The translations under genes were made by a program, and so were the position numbers. Below, in pieces: positions 1 through 9,209 of a stretch of 64,000 bases of DNA; position 1 is the first letter of the stretch; every line of letters begins with the position of its first letter. This DNA is from an uncultured Flavobacterium sp. (GTDB lineage: Bacteria > Bacteroidota > Bacteroidia > Flavobacteriales > Flavobacteriaceae), in contig CAYPSB010000002.1 in NCBI GenBank assembly GCA_964413435.1, forward strand, positions 9,189-73,188. The letters run 5' to 3'. The notes beneath the pieces are model-generated. The model saw nothing but the letters and a program-made list of their open reading frames with translations. It searched no databases and was not told the origin of the DNA.

Positions 1-660
1 CGTGTTGATTGCATTTTCAGAGCCATTAAGGATAAAATCAAAATCAGAGAAGATTTTAAAACCATAAGTTTCGGCGAAAGTTTCAATCAGTCCAAAAATA
101 AAGCTGAAAACAGAAGGGTTACTATTTATTACATTTTAGAAAAAGACTTAACTCGGGAAGACGAAATTCTGGGAATTAAAAAAGAAACTAACGAAGAAAT
201 CCCGAAACCTGAAATTGAGTATCCCGAAAAATTGGTGTTCGAAAACCCCAACGGAACAACCTCAGAATTTAAACTTGACCAAACTTTCATGAAAAAGATA
301 GGCGAGGCCAAACAGGGGGAAAAGATCAAAATCGAAAACCTGAATTTTATCATCAACACTTTTGCTGTGGTACCCGAATCGCGGGTAAAAATGTATGAGC
401 TTTTGGTTGTGCTCCAGAGAAATCCGCAACTGAAAATTGAAATTCAAGGCCATTTGTGTTGTATGCCGAATGACCGATTGGATTTGTCAACGCAACGGGC
501 TAAAGCCATTTATAATTTTTTAGTGGCTAACCAAATTTACCCGCCGAGATTGTCCTATAAAGGATTCGGCAGTACACAACCTATTTATCCGTTGCCCGAA
601 AAAAATGAACAGGAACGTGCGGCTAACCGTAGAGTCGAAATTTTAATTGTCGATAATTAG
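1..660 (+). CDS. OmpA-family protein with two OmpA-like domains (5'-partial, enters from upstream of window)
   Basis: Frame +1 is open from nt 1 (RVDCIFRAIKDK...), so track ORF 232..660 is only the tail of a longer CDS. C-terminus ...KIEIQGHLCCMPNDRLDLSTQRAKAIYNFL...RAANRRVEILIVDN is OmpA_C-like. Paralogous to the next two genes. Confidence 0.8.
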   Translation, partial: RVDCIFRAIKDKIKIREDFKTISFGESFNQSKNKAENRRVTIYYILEKDLTREDEILGIKKETNEEIPKPEIEYPEKLVFENPNGTTSEFKLDQTFMKKIGEAKQGEKIKIENLNFIINTFAVVPESRVKMYELLVVLQRNPQLKIEIQGHLCCMPNDRLDLSTQRAKAIYNFLVANQIYPPRLSYKGFGSTQPIYPLPEKNEQERAANRRVEILIVDN

Positions 661-661
661 A

Positions 662-1501
662 ATGAGGAGGTTTTGCTTTGTTTTATGGTTATTACCATTG
701 ATTGTCTTCTCTCAAAAGCAGTATGAAGTGTTCTTTGATTTCAACAAAGACTATCCAAATCAGGCTTCAATGGAAAAATGGAATCAATGGATAGCGGCCA
801 ATAAAACAGTTGAAGTTACCGGTATTTTTGGTTATTGCGACAGTGTTGATGACAGTAACTACAACAGAGAATTGGCTATGAGAAGGATTAACTTTGTTAT
901 GACGTTACTCAAAAAAGAGGCTATAGCTATCAACGATAAAGTGGAGTTAAAACCTTTCGGGAAAGATTTTAAATTTTCTAAGAAACAGGAAGAAAACCGA
1001 AAAGTAACATTTTTTTATACATCAAAAGAAGAAAAAACGAAAGAAAATAAGGAGATTGCCAAAACAGATGAGGCCATATCTTCATTTGACAGCCAAGCCT
1101 TAATTGAAAAAGAAGCATCACAGTTGGCCGTCAAATTTCAAAAGGCAAAAAAAGGTGATTTAATCAAAATTAATAACATCAATTTCCTGTTTAATTCTGA
1201 GCGAATTGAGGAACGGTCCCGACCTATCCTGGAAAAATTAGTGCAGATTATGCTTGATAACCCAAAACTGAGAATAGCCATACACGGTCATATATGCTGT
1301 AATCCGAATGTTATGGATACCAAATTATCGTATCGAAGAGCCTTAGTCATTTTCAACTATTTAAGAGATAACGGTGTCGAATTAAGCAGGCTGTCCTACA
1401 AAGGTTTTGGCAGCAATGATCCAATATACAAATTACCCGAACGAAACGAGGCTGAACGAAAAGCCAATCGCCGTGTAGAAATTTTAATCGTTGACAAATA
1501 A
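662..1501 (+). CDS. OmpA-family protein, tandem OmpA-like domains, secreted
   Basis: ATG at 662 gives signal peptide MRRFCFVLWLLPLIVFSQ; the track start 647 would overlap the upstream gene. N-domain GYCDSVDDSNYNRELAMRR...NRKVTFFY. C-domain IHGHICCNPN...LSYRRA...ANRRVEILIV. Confidence 0.8.
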   Translation: MRRFCFVLWLLPLIVFSQKQYEVFFDFNKDYPNQASMEKWNQWIAANKTVEVTGIFGYCDSVDDSNYNRELAMRRINFVMTLLKKEAIAINDKVELKPFGKDFKFSKKQEENRKVTFFYTSKEEKTKENKEIAKTDEAISSFDSQALIEKEASQLAVKFQKAKKGDLIKINNINFLFNSERIEERSRPILEKLVQIMLDNPKLRIAIHGHICCNPNVMDTKLSYRRALVIFNYLRDNGVELSRLSYKGFGSNDPIYKLPERNEAERKANRRVEILIVDK

Positions 1502-2274
1502 TGAAACATCTAATCATCATAGTATTGTTTTTGGTTTCCTTAAAAAGCACAGGACAAAACCAATTTGAAGTGTTTTTTGATTTCAACAAAGATTTTCCAA
1601 ATGAGAAATCGATTTTAGACTTCAACGAATGGTTTGCCAAAAACAAGGATATCGAAGTCATTAAAATGATGGGCTATTGCGACAGTGTGGATACCAAAGA
1701 TTACAACAAAAAACTGGCCGAAAGACGCATTGACAACGTTCAAAAATTACTCGAAAAAAGCGGTATTAAAATTCAGCAAAATTTAGAACGCATTGCGTAC
1801 GGAAAAGAATTTAAACAATCCAAAATTCAGGCAGAAAACAGGAAGGTAACGATTTTTTACAACGAAATTAAAAATGAAAAACCGATTGTTTCAAAATTAT
1901 CTGAAAAAATAATGAACTCCAAAGTGGGTGAGACAGTGGCTTTGCCCAACATTTATTTCTATAATAACTCGGCACGAATCGTTCCCAAATCAGAGCCCAC
2001 ACTACTTGAACTTCTTTGTGTCATGGAAGAAAATCCGAAACTGAAAATAGAAATACAAGGACATATTTGCTGCCAAAGAGTATACGATGTTAACGATGTT
2101 TCTTCTTCAAGAGCTCGTGCCGTTTATACGTACTTACTTCGCAATAAAATAGATAGAAAACGCATGACATTTAAAGGATACGGAACTTCACGTCCTGTGC
2201 ATCCCATACCTGAAAAATCTGCTCAGGAAGAAGATGAAAACCGTCGCGTAGAAATTATGATTCTGGAAAAGTAA
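1501..2274 (+). CDS. OmpA-family protein, tandem OmpA-like domains, secreted
   Basis: Start shares 1 nt with the upstream stop (TAATG). Signal peptide MKHLIIIVLFLVSLKSTGQ. GYCDSVDTKDYNKKLAERR...NRKVTIFY plus IQGHICCQRV...SSSRA...ENRRVEIMIL. Confidence 0.85.
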   Translation: MKHLIIIVLFLVSLKSTGQNQFEVFFDFNKDFPNEKSILDFNEWFAKNKDIEVIKMMGYCDSVDTKDYNKKLAERRIDNVQKLLEKSGIKIQQNLERIAYGKEFKQSKIQAENRKVTIFYNEIKNEKPIVSKLSEKIMNSKVGETVALPNIYFYNNSARIVPKSEPTLLELLCVMEENPKLKIEIQGHICCQRVYDVNDVSSSRARAVYTYLLRNKIDRKRMTFKGYGTSRPVHPIPEKSAQEEDENRRVEIMILEK

Positions 2275-2314
2275 TTCACAATTTACTACTCAAAATTCAC
2301 AATTCAAATTACTA
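2273..2314. repeat. period-7 AATT-type intergenic repeat
   Basis: aattcac aatttac tactcaa aattcac aattcaa attacta. An exact heptad recurs at 21-nt spacing. Confidence 0.8.
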
Positions 2315-2320
2315 TCTTTG
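2313..2320 (+). promoter_or_regulatory. Bacteroidetes -7 box (TATCTTTG) for purM
   Basis: Matches TAnnTTTG, 25 nt before the ATG at 2346. Confidence 0.55.
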
Positions 2321-2345
2321 CGCCACAACAACACAACACTACAAC

Positions 2346-3524
2346 ATGAGTTCTGATAACAGCCAACGCTACAATTTGCGCGGAGTTTCAGCTTCTAAAG
2401 AAGATGTACACAACGCCATCAAAAACATTGATAAGGGCTTATTCCCCAAAGCTTTCTGCAAAATTGTTCCCGATTATTTAACCAATGACGACGACTATTG
2501 TCTGATTATGCACGCAGACGGAGCGGGTACCAAATCGTCTCTGGCCTACATGTATTGGAAAGAAACCGGTGATTTATCCGTTTGGAAAGGTATAGCACAA
2601 GATGCGCTGATCATGAATATTGACGACCTGCTTTGTGTAGGCGCTACCGATAATATTTTGTTGTCTTCAACCATTGGAAGAAATAAAAATCTAATTCCGG
2701 CCGAAGTACTATCTGCCATCATTAACGGAACTGAAGAGTTGATTGCCGAGTTAAAAAACTTCGGAGTAACCATTCATTCCACAGGAGGCGAAACCGCTGA
2801 TGTGGGCGATTTGGTCAGAACTATTATCGTAGACTCAACCGTTACAGCCCGTATGAAACGTTCTGAGGTAATTGATAATGCCAATATCCAACCCGGTGAT
2901 GTTATTGTAGGTTTGGCTTCTTTTGGTCAGGCCAATTATGAAAAAAGTTATAACGGAGGTATGGGCAGCAATGGTTTAACTTCGGCACGTCATGATGTTT
3001 TTGCCAAGTATTTAGCCGAAAAATATCCGGAAAGTTTTGATGCTTCGGTACCCGATGCACTCGTCTATTCAGGAAATACCAAACTTACCGATTTTGTAGC
3101 TGGCTCCCCAATTGACGCCGGGAAATTAGTTCTCTCTCCAACTCGAACCTATGCTCCGATTATCAAATCAATTTTAGATAAATACACGCCAAAAGAAATT
3201 CACGGCATGGTGCATTGCAGTGGCGGAGCCCAAACCAAAGTGCTTCATTTTGTTGATGACGTGCACATAATTAAAGACAATATGTTTCCCGTTCCGCCAT
3301 TATTCAAACTAATACAAGAGCAATCCAAAACCAATTGGAAAGAAATGTACCAAGTCTTTAACTGTGGACATCGTATGGAATTGTATGTGCCCAATGCAAT
3401 CGCTTCGGATATCATCGAAATATCAAAATCCTTTGGCGTAGAAGCTCAAATAGTAGGTAGGGTAGAAGCTTCCGAAAATAAAAAACTCACCATTAGAAGC
3501 GAGTTTGGAACGTTTGAATATTAA
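2346..3524 (+). CDS. purM: phosphoribosylformylglycinamidine cyclo-ligase (AIR synthase family)
   Basis: 392 aa. PurM/AIR-synthase-type motifs IMHADGAGTKSSLAYMYW and GMVHCSGGAQTKV. Preceded by a -7 box. Confidence 0.8.
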   Translation: MSSDNSQRYNLRGVSASKEDVHNAIKNIDKGLFPKAFCKIVPDYLTNDDDYCLIMHADGAGTKSSLAYMYWKETGDLSVWKGIAQDALIMNIDDLLCVGATDNILLSSTIGRNKNLIPAEVLSAIINGTEELIAELKNFGVTIHSTGGETADVGDLVRTIIVDSTVTARMKRSEVIDNANIQPGDVIVGLASFGQANYEKSYNGGMGSNGLTSARHDVFAKYLAEKYPESFDASVPDALVYSGNTKLTDFVAGSPIDAGKLVLSPTRTYAPIIKSILDKYTPKEIHGMVHCSGGAQTKVLHFVDDVHIIKDNMFPVPPLFKLIQEQSKTNWKEMYQVFNCGHRMELYVPNAIASDIIEISKSFGVEAQIVGRVEASENKKLTIRSEFGTFEY

Positions 3525-3538
3525 TCAGAAAAACAACT

Positions 3539-3967
3539 ATGAAAATTAATCCCAAAAACGGTGTTGGTGAATTGTTATTCGGTATGAAACAAAATCATGT
3601 CGAAAGTATTTATGGTAAGCCTGACAAACAATTCAAAGATGAAGACGGCAATGTGATTTACCTGTATAACAACGAAAAAATCCGGCTGACCTTTTATGAA
3701 GATGAAAACTTCCGTTTGGGGTATATCATTACTTCCAATCCTCAGGCAACTCTTTTAGATCAGGTGGTCATGGGTAAAAACATCGATGAGATTAAAAATA
3801 ACTTGCCTTTCAAAACTTGGGAGCAAGAGGATTTTGACAGTACTGAAAATCACTTTAACGAAAGTAATTGGCTGATTCTTCAGGCCGAGTATGGAGTTGT
3901 AATACGGGTTGAATTAGGAGCCATCATCAAAGATAACGACGAATTCGACTGGAAATTTAAGGCTTAA
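3539..3967 (+). CDS. hypothetical cytoplasmic protein
   Basis: 142-aa ORF 14 nt after purM. No signal peptide and no motif I recognise. Confidence 0.6.
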   Translation: MKINPKNGVGELLFGMKQNHVESIYGKPDKQFKDEDGNVIYLYNNEKIRLTFYEDENFRLGYIITSNPQATLLDQVVMGKNIDEIKNNLPFKTWEQEDFDSTENHFNESNWLILQAEYGVVIRVELGAIIKDNDEFDWKFKA

Positions 3968-4245
3968 ACTATTTCTGCGCTTAAACCGGCTTCCAACAAT
4001 TGAGTACATTGAGGTTTTAACTCATCATACTGTCCGGTTTTTACGGTACATTTTCCTTTGTAATGAACTAAAATAGCACATTGTTCCGCTTGTTCTGAGG
4101 TATGTTGGCAAACTCGGATTAAGGTGTCAATCACATGATCAAACGTATTGACATCATCATTGTACAATACAATTTCGTTGTTTATTCCAACCAATTCTTC
4201 AACTAAAACGTCTTCTTGTATTTTTTCTATCGTGCTCATTTTCAT
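3964..4245 (-). CDS. clpS: ATP-dependent Clp protease adaptor ClpS
   Basis: 93 aa. VNTFDHVIDTLIRVCQHTSEQAEQCAILVHYKGKCTVKTG matches the ClpS core. Confidence 0.85.
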   Translation of the reverse strand: MKMSTIEKIQEDVLVEELVGINNEIVLYNDDVNTFDHVIDTLIRVCQHTSEQAEQCAILVHYKGKCTVKTGQYDELKPQCTQLLEAGLSAEIV

Positions 4246-4276
4246 TTCGTTTGTATTCCCGAATTTTTTTCGACTG

Positions 4277-5110
4277 CTAATTTACATATTTCAAAGAAAC
4301 CCAATTATTTCTTTCGAATTTTTTAACATAGGTGAGTCCTTTCTCAGTACAGGATGCATCAATAAACGGGATGTCTTCGGTATAAAATCCGCTCAATAAG
4401 AGAATGCCGTTTTTGTTCAGGCAATCCACATATTGTTGCATGTCGTTTAATAATATGTTGCGGTTGATGTTGGCGATGATCAAGTCGTATTTTTTTCCTT
4501 TCAGCAATTCGGCATCACCTTCATATACCGTAATCTCGTGACAATTGTTACGTTCTGCATTTTCAATCGAATTTAAATAGCACCAGTTGTCAATGTCAAT
4601 AGCGTCAATAGGTTTGGCACCTTTCATTTCGGCAAGTATGGCAAGAATAGCCGTTCCGCAGCCCATGTCAAGAGTTTTCATATTGGTAACATCAGTTTCT
4701 AAAAGATGTTGAATCATCATGTGGGTAGTTTCATGATGACCGGTTCCGAAACTCATTTTGGGTTCGATTACGATATCATATTCGGCTGTTGTTTTCGCAT
4801 GAAAAGGAGCGCGAACATGACATTTTCCGTCTACGTCGATGGGTTCGAAGTTTTTTTCCCACTCTTCATTCCAATTGACTTGGTCAATCTCTTCGATTGT
4901 GTAGGAAATAGTGAACTCAGGAGAATGTAGCAGATGAATATCATTCAGTATGTCTTTAGTACAAAGGTCTTTTTGAATGTAAGCGATAAATCCATTATCG
5001 GTTTCAATGAAACTTTCAAAAGGTTTTTCGCCCAATTCGGCGATTAAAATCTCGGAACCTAATTCTTTGGGCTCCACAGTAAAATGGTATCCTAAATAAA
5101 CGTTTGACAT
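4277..5110 (-). CDS. prmA: ribosomal protein L11 methyltransferase
   Basis: 277 aa. PrmA-like N-terminal domain and SAM motif LDMGCGTAILAILAE. Confidence 0.85.
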   Translation of the reverse strand: MSNVYLGYHFTVEPKELGSEILIAELGEKPFESFIETDNGFIAYIQKDLCTKDILNDIHLLHSPEFTISYTIEEIDQVNWNEEWEKNFEPIDVDGKCHVRAPFHAKTTAEYDIVIEPKMSFGTGHHETTHMMIQHLLETDVTNMKTLDMGCGTAILAILAEMKGAKPIDAIDIDNWCYLNSIENAERNNCHEITVYEGDAELLKGKKYDLIIANINRNILLNDMQQYVDCLNKNGILLLSGFYTEDIPFIDASCTEKGLTYVKKFERNNWVSLKYVN

Positions 5111-5176
5111 GCTGTAATTTTTTTGGCAAAGGTAACAATCAATAGCCGTACAGCGAAGTCATTTCAGGAAAACTTT

Positions 5177-5644
5177 TTAGTCTGATTTTACGATAGCTTT
5201 CAAACTGGCATTGGGTGCTTCATCCGTCTGAACGTAAAAAATCATCAGTTTGTTGTAGCGTTTATCATCAGCATCATAAAGATACGTTATCGTATTTTCT
5301 TTAGGGTTGTAGGTCAGTTTTCCTTTCATGAATTTTGAACGGATTAGCCAGGAACCTTCTTCGTCACTGTCCTGTTTAAATTGATAGATAGAACCATGAT
5401 GCATTCTGACCAAACCGTTATCTACCATGCTGACTACAATATATCCGTTAGATTTAGAACCAATTTCACGGATGTCAATAACGGAGTTTTCATATTCCGT
5501 TTCCATCAATTCGTATTTGTCGTAGTCTTTATTCCAAACATAGTATTTTCGGCTGTCTGATTGGAATCGTTTTTGAATATCTATTTGGGCAAGTAGGTTC
5601 AAACCACAAAATAGTAGGAGTACAAGGGTGAATTTCGCTTTCAT
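5177..5644 (-). CDS. hypothetical secreted protein
   Basis: 155 aa with signal peptide MKAKFTLVLLLFCGLNLLAQ. No recognised domain. Confidence 0.65.
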   Translation of the reverse strand: MKAKFTLVLLLFCGLNLLAQIDIQKRFQSDSRKYYVWNKDYDKYELMETEYENSVIDIREIGSKSNGYIVVSMVDNGLVRMHHGSIYQFKQDSDEEGSWLIRSKFMKGKLTYNPKENTITYLYDADDKRYNKLMIFYVQTDEAPNASLKAIVKSD

Positions 5645-5738
5645 TTGAATTTGACAAGATTTAGGTTTGTAAAACTATAAATTATTTTCGATTAAAAGCA
5701 AATAAAATCGATAAAATACATTTATTTGTTTTTAAAAT

Positions 5739-5783
5739 AAAAAAAACCTTTCAAATCAATGAAAAGTTTTAAAAATTTGAAAG
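5739..5783 (-). terminator. rho-independent terminator after tpiA
   Basis: Minus strand: CUUUCAAAU / AUUUGAAAG 9-bp stem with an 18-nt loop, then G + U8. Confidence 0.6.
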
Positions 5784-5791
5784 TTTTTTTC

Positions 5792-6544
5792 TTATATAGA
5801 AGCTACTATGGCAGCAAAATCTTCAGCTTTGAGAGCGGCTCCTCCTATTAATCCGCCGTCAACATCCGGTTTTGAGAAAATTTCTTTGGCATTGTCAGGC
5901 TTTACACTGCCTCCGTAAAGAATGGAAACGTCTTCGGCTATATCGCTTCCAAATCGCTTTCTTATGGTTTCCCTGATGAATTCGTGCATTTCCTGAGCTT
6001 GCTCGGGCGTGGCAGTTTCTCCGGTTCCTATTGCCCAAACGGGTTCATAAGCCAAAATGATTTGCTCCCAGTCTTTAGCCTCTAGATGAAATAAGCCATC
6101 GCGCAACTGATTTTCAACTACATTGAAGTGTTGTTTGTTTTGACGGTCTTTCAGTTCTTCGCCGAAACAAAAAATAACGGACATATCATGTTTTAGTGCA
6201 GTAGTTACTTTTTGAGCAAGAATGGCATCGGTTTCATGAAAATAGGCTCTGCGTTCCGAGTGACCCAGAATTACTCTGTTTACACCAATGCTTTTCAGCA
6301 TATCGGCAGATATTTCACCCGTGAAGGCTCCGGATTCGCTTTGATGCATGTTTTGGGCTGCAACGGCTATGTTCGTAAACTCCAGATGATCAACAGCAGA
6401 AGCTAAGTTGACAAAAGTTGGCGCTACTATGATTTGTGCTTCGGTATCAACAGGTAATTTGTCGATTAATTCATTTAAAAGGTCTTCGGTTTCTTCGGCA
6501 TTTTTATGCATTTTCCAATTACCGGCAACTATCTTTTGTCTCAT
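5792..6544 (-). CDS. tpiA: triose-phosphate isomerase
   Basis: 250 aa. VAGNWKMH..., ILGHSERR, AYEPVWAIGTG are classical TIM motifs. Confidence 0.95.
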   Translation of the reverse strand: MRQKIVAGNWKMHKNAEETEDLLNELIDKLPVDTEAQIIVAPTFVNLASAVDHLEFTNIAVAAQNMHQSESGAFTGEISADMLKSIGVNRVILGHSERRAYFHETDAILAQKVTTALKHDMSVIFCFGEELKDRQNKQHFNVVENQLRDGLFHLEAKDWEQIILAYEPVWAIGTGETATPEQAQEMHEFIRETIRKRFGSDIAEDVSILYGGSVKPDNAKEIFSKPDVDGGLIGGAALKAEDFAAIVASI

Positions 6545-7041
6545 TATTGTAAATTTTTTAAGGTCTCGTTTATTTTGTCAAAATCGGTTTCGATGGCTCG
6601 GTAAATTTGAATTTTACCCTTGCCGTCAAGTACAATGTAGCGCGGAATCCAATCTAAATTAATCGACTTACCAAATGCTCCCTTCATACCATCAGTAGCC
6701 CAATAATGGTCACCTTTTAGCTCGTGTTTCGCTATACCCGACTGCCATTTGTCAAATGCCTTATCCATAGAGATGAATACATAATCCACGTTGGGATTGG
6801 CCGCTTGCATTTCTTTTACTTTAGGCATTGCCTTAACACAATCTCCACACCAAGAAGCCCAAATTTCGATAACAGTTGGTTTTCCGCGGTGCTTTTCTAA
6901 AATTTCCTTGAATGTAATTTCGGAATTCTCAGGAGTAATCAATTTTTGCGTTAGTGCCTCTTTGGAAAAGGATTCTTTTTGTAATGTTGAAAACGCAAAA
7001 GCGATTACAATTACAACTAAGATTACAGCAATTTTTTTCAT
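6544..7041 (-). CDS. TlpA-like thiol:disulfide oxidoreductase (thioredoxin fold), secreted
   Basis: 165 aa with signal/anchor MKKIAVILVVIVIAFAF and CxxC motif WASWCGDC. Its stop shares 1 nt with the tpiA start. Confidence 0.8.
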   Translation of the reverse strand: MKKIAVILVVIVIAFAFSTLQKESFSKEALTQKLITPENSEITFKEILEKHRGKPTVIEIWASWCGDCVKAMPKVKEMQAANPNVDYVFISMDKAFDKWQSGIAKHELKGDHYWATDGMKGAFGKSINLDWIPRYIVLDGKGKIQIYRAIETDFDKINETLKNLQ

Positions 7042-7079
7042 TTTTTTAGTTTGTTTGGGGAAATTAAATCTATTCTGTG

Positions 7080-7391
7080 TCAGAGTTTTGAACTCGCTTT
7101 TGTTTTACCGTTTTTCAGGTAGTATAATTTGTGACTTTTTCTTTTGCGTTCACGTCTTTCTTTGCGCTTCTTGGTGTCATACAGATATTTCAGAATTACA
7201 ACAACTCCTAAAACGGATGTGAAAACTAAAGTACTTCCCAGGATAATCCAGATGGTGTTTCCCATTGGCGGATGTTCCATCGTTGAGATGTGATTCAAAA
7301 CATATTGCCCGATGAAGAAAACAATTACGCATAAACCAATGCCGATAAGTCCTCGTTCATTGATTTTTCTGGACATGATATACTTAATCAT
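7080..7391 (-). CDS. small two-TM membrane protein with strongly basic C-terminal tail
   Basis: 103 aa. Two hydrophobic helices, then KKRKERRERKRKSHK. Start uncertain; ATG at 7376 is also possible. Confidence 0.5.
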   Translation of the reverse strand: MIKYIMSRKINERGLIGIGLCVIVFFIGQYVLNHISTMEHPPMGNTIWIILGSTLVFTSVLGVVVILKYLYDTKKRKERRERKRKSHKLYYLKNGKTKASSKL

Positions 7392-7439
7392 AAGTGATGT
7401 TTTTATGGTTAAAAATACAAAATGATAAGCAAAGTAGGA

Positions 7440-8528
7440 CTATTTTTTTAATTCTGAATACGGTTTCTGAATTAATTTTTGATAGTCAACAGGGTCAAAT
7501 TTGTTATCCGTAATTCCCCAATAGTATTTGTATTCGTTCCCGTTCCATAAATATTTCACGCCCGGAGTATCTTTACCCGATCCCAAAACTTTCCAGAACG
7601 GAATCACTTCAATGATTTTATACGGATATTCAGCACCGGCAAATTTGAAAAAATCCGGAATCAAATCGGCTTCTTCATTCATGAAAATGATGTAGATTTC
7701 CGGGAAGTTTTTATTGGTTTTTTTCATTTCGGTTAACTCCTTGGCTGCTTCACGGCAATGATCGCAACCGGGTACAAAAAAGCAAAGTGTTTTTCGGCCT
7801 TTATCAATATTGGCAAAATACTGTGCATAGCCCGATTTGTGTTTTTCAGGTTCGTTGCTTTCGGCTTTGACTTCATTTTTAAGCGTTTCTGCTTTTTTCA
7901 GTGTGTCTTTTACAATTTGAGTCGAAGTAGTATCAACAGTCGCTTCTGCTGTAGTGTCAACAACATGTTCTTCCGGAGTGGAAACCGAAAATTTACTTTC
8001 CATCGGCTGTATGGGAGCCAACATGAATAATGCCAGGATTGAAGCAAAAGTCACCGAAGTCAGTACCCAGAAATTGTCTTTCTTTTCATTAGATTTTGGC
8101 ATAATAACAAACAGCCAAACTAACAAAGCTATAGCAACTACGTTTTTGATGATGGCTTCTATGGGAGTCATGGGTAACAAACTTCCAAAACAACCACAGT
8201 TTCCGGAGTTACCGCCGTCTTGAATGGTTACTATGGTTAAATGCGTTGTAAATACAGCCAATAGTAATATGGTGCCCGGAATAACAATGCTTCGCAAAAA
8301 GTGTTTTTGTAAAATTAAAAAGCCTAAGGCAAATTCAATTCCAATCAATATTCTGGAGAAATAGGGAGCAAAACCTTCCGAAAATCCCATAGGATACAAT
8401 TGCTTTACTTCAAAAGTTGAAATGGCAAAATAAGGCGATGGGTATAATTTGGCTACAGCAGATAATAGAAAAAGGAACGAAATGATGATTCGGATTCCCA
8501 AGGCAGTATTGTTTTTGGATAAACTCAT
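7440..8528 (-). CDS. MauE/DoxX-like membrane domain fused to thioredoxin-like domain (BT_3928-like family)
   Basis: 362 aa. About 5 TM helices with a GNCGCFGSLLPM motif, a low-complexity T/E/K linker, and a C-terminal Trx-like domain with CxxC (FFVPGCDHC). Confidence 0.8.
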   Translation of the reverse strand: MSLSKNNTALGIRIIISFLFLLSAVAKLYPSPYFAISTFEVKQLYPMGFSEGFAPYFSRILIGIEFALGFLILQKHFLRSIVIPGTILLLAVFTTHLTIVTIQDGGNSGNCGCFGSLLPMTPIEAIIKNVVAIALLVWLFVIMPKSNEKKDNFWVLTSVTFASILALFMLAPIQPMESKFSVSTPEEHVVDTTAEATVDTTSTQIVKDTLKKAETLKNEVKAESNEPEKHKSGYAQYFANIDKGRKTLCFFVPGCDHCREAAKELTEMKKTNKNFPEIYIIFMNEEADLIPDFFKFAGAEYPYKIIEVIPFWKVLGSGKDTPGVKYLWNGNEYKYYWGITDNKFDPVDYQKLIQKPYSELKK

Positions 8529-8538
8529 AACTTTTAAA

Positions 8539-9084
8539 TTAGTTTTGACCGAATTGCATCAAAATCAATGCAAAAACGGAGTAATTAATCATGTCTTGGT
8601 AATTGGCATCTATGCCTTCTGAAACCAAGGTTTTGCCTTGGTTGTCTTCAATTTGCTTCACGCGAAGCAGTTTTTGTAAAATCAAATCGGTTAGTGAACT
8701 CACGCGCATTTCCCTCCATGCTTCTCCATAATCGTGGTTTTTGGCTTCCATCAGCGATTTGGTTAAGGCAACCTTGGCGTCATACAGTTCAACGGCTTTT
8801 ACAACGTCTAAATCGGGTTGGTCTACTACACCTAAATCGAGTTGAATGAGCGCCATAATGCAATAATTGATGATTCCGATAAATTCGCCGGTTTCGTCTT
8901 CGTCTACTTTGCGGGTTTGGTTTTGTTGTAAGCTGCGGATGCGTTGTGCTTTGATAAAAATCTGGTCGGTAAGCGACGGTAATCTCAGTATGCGCCAGGC
9001 ACTTCCGTAGTCTTTCATTTTATTGCTGAAAAGTTGTCGGCAAATAGCGATAACCTTATCATATTCCTGAGAAGTATTACTCAT
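8539..9084 (-). CDS. DUF1599-like protein (internal duplication)
   Basis: ATG at 9084 (MSNTSQEYDK); the track start 9105 is a TTG extension. Two repeats: KDYGSAWRILRLPSLTDQIFIKAQRIRSL and HDYGEAWREMRVSSLTDLILQKLLRVKQI. Confidence 0.8.
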   Translation of the reverse strand: MSNTSQEYDKVIAICRQLFSNKMKDYGSAWRILRLPSLTDQIFIKAQRIRSLQQNQTRKVDEDETGEFIGIINYCIMALIQLDLGVVDQPDLDVVKAVELYDAKVALTKSLMEAKNHDYGEAWREMRVSSLTDLILQKLLRVKQIEDNQGKTLVSEGIDANYQDMINYSVFALILMQFGQN

Positions 9085-9209
9085 TTCAGTGTATCTTTGT
9101 ATCAATTTTTTTTACTTATGTACAGTTCTCCCTATAGGGTTCGTGTCAAAAGTAAAGAATAAAGATTGAAGTACAAAGGACTAAATCTTATAACTAAGTT
9201 AAAATACCA

